A DNA stretch of 63,946 nt, counting the filler, from Neolecta irregularis DAH-3 (Eukaryota), in assembly GCA_001929475.1 (NCBI GenBank). It is 8 parts of 8 records of this genome, joined end to end, with 100 filler letters (N's around TTAATTAATTAA, not from the genome) between each part and the next. Parts side by side here need not be neighbours in the genome. Positions count along the whole stretch, not along the records: positions 61,401 to 63,946 come from LXFE01003461.1; 7 more parts are not named here. One strand, given 5' to 3'. Made by a program: the position numbers and the translations under genes. This document shows positions 62,968-63,946 of the stretch, piece after piece (within the stretch, counting starts at the first letter, position 1; each line of letters starts with the position of its first letter). The notes below the pieces were generated by a model. The model was not told the origin of the DNA and did no database searches. It saw nothing but the letters and a program-made list of their open reading frames with translations.

Positions 62968-63199
62968 GATGGATGTATGAATGAAATGCTGAGGACGGAG
63001 GTTGCACATACCAGATTATATGCACGTGTTTTCCTAGCGATGCCAAATAAGAGATATACACCCACATAGAGGAAAGTCATTATTACAGATAGTTGAAAAT
63101 ATTTCGGTAAACGTTGCAGATATCATTCCAAGAGTGAGTTATGTAAAAGTGTTGAAGCTTGGTTACAAATAAGAATAGGTTAAATTGCTAATCTAAGAT

Positions 63200-63400
63200 A
63201 AGTACTTGGACCTTAGAGCTCAGGTTAGATATGGCCTCTTTCTGTCTTTATATACTTCTAATCTAATTGCCCTTATATCATTCTATGCCACCAGCTGCAT
63301 TGGTAACATACACTCCGATTTAGTGAGGCAGGTGATATGCTTGAGCCTCTTCGATCTAAACTTCAGCCAGATATTATTGCAGCAACCAGTGCCAGCGAAG
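63200..63400 (+). mobile_element. Degenerate hAT dimerisation-domain relic
   Basis: FSEAGDMLEPLRSKLQPDIIAAT at 63319-63387, with frameshifted ATS upstream; GACCA/GACTG short repeats at 63682-63730. Confidence 0.6.
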
Positions 63401-63946
63401 CTGGGGGCACTGATTATTATGTCTATGGTCGCTATCGTACCATATACACCAATGGAAATGAATTCAACATAACCAAGAATGAATTTGATATGGTAGCTGA
63501 AGTCCAATGAGTACCACTTCATCTTCTAAGATATTGATCACTGACATCAAGTAGCCCTGAGTGATGCAAGGAAGGCTACGTTCAAAATCATGTAAGGAGA
63601 CATGTAGTACAGAAACACTTGTGCACGATTCTGATGGGATTGCGCCTATATAAATTGTTAATACAGGCAGCGTTCCTAATCGACTGGACCAGACCAGACT
63701 GGCATTTATTTCAGTCCAGACCGACCAGACCAAAGGCCAAGTTGTGTGCTCACCTTCAATATCTGCCCATTGTGTCCAGAAACCCTCCGGCGGGCGGGCG
63801 AGTGGCTCGAAGTTTTAGGGTTAGAATCAATTCACAGTTGAACAACTAACCAACGTATTCAAACGAAACAAGCACTATCGGGATCAGAATTTAAAGGCGA
63901 AACTAATAGTCTACCAACAAATTCAATACAAGAAAGTCAAAGGGGG

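Overview
Eukaryotic (fungal, ascomycete) draft-scaffold DNA with very high gene density and many tiny introns (mostly 31-45 nt), so the six-frame ORF track splits nearly every gene. Gene content (Clr2, Thp1/TDG, complex I subunit NDUFA13, myosin-motor chitin synthase, fused HIS4) suggests an early-diverging ascomycete, possibly Taphrinomycotina such as Neolecta; this is an inference. Seven 100-nt N-TTAATTAATTAA-N linkers are artificial contig joins. By manual splicing I reconstruct about 30 genes: TOM40, a PFK2/FBPase2-like gene, MMTAG2-like, CWH41, CAX4, RPL25, FAR11, RCD1/CAF40, TOM7, RNA15, TDG, DSK2, a PAS hybrid histidine kinase, RAD21, SLD5, APN1, CNT, CLR2, HIS4, NDUFA13, a GH5_12 enzyme, chitin synthase, TPA1/OFD1, SEC5, a TatD-like gene, THO1 and several orphans. 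There is also an intact hAT transposase and several transposon relics. Main observations: (1) unusually permissive splicing, with at least 7 GC-AG introns, a GA-AG intron needed to restore the conserved RPL25 C-terminus and a GT-AT intron needed in CWH41; (2) two spliced ~48-aa microproteins sharing a Y-x-C-x3-G-C-x5-V-x4-C-x2-C (A20-zinc-finger-like) motif; (3) a freshly duplicated intron in APN1; (4) an ORF in frame behind the TOM7 stop codon; (5) local GC peaks with a G-to-C strand-skew switch; (6) divergent genes with start codons only 47-78 bp apart. All exon models are manual and not validated by RNA data.
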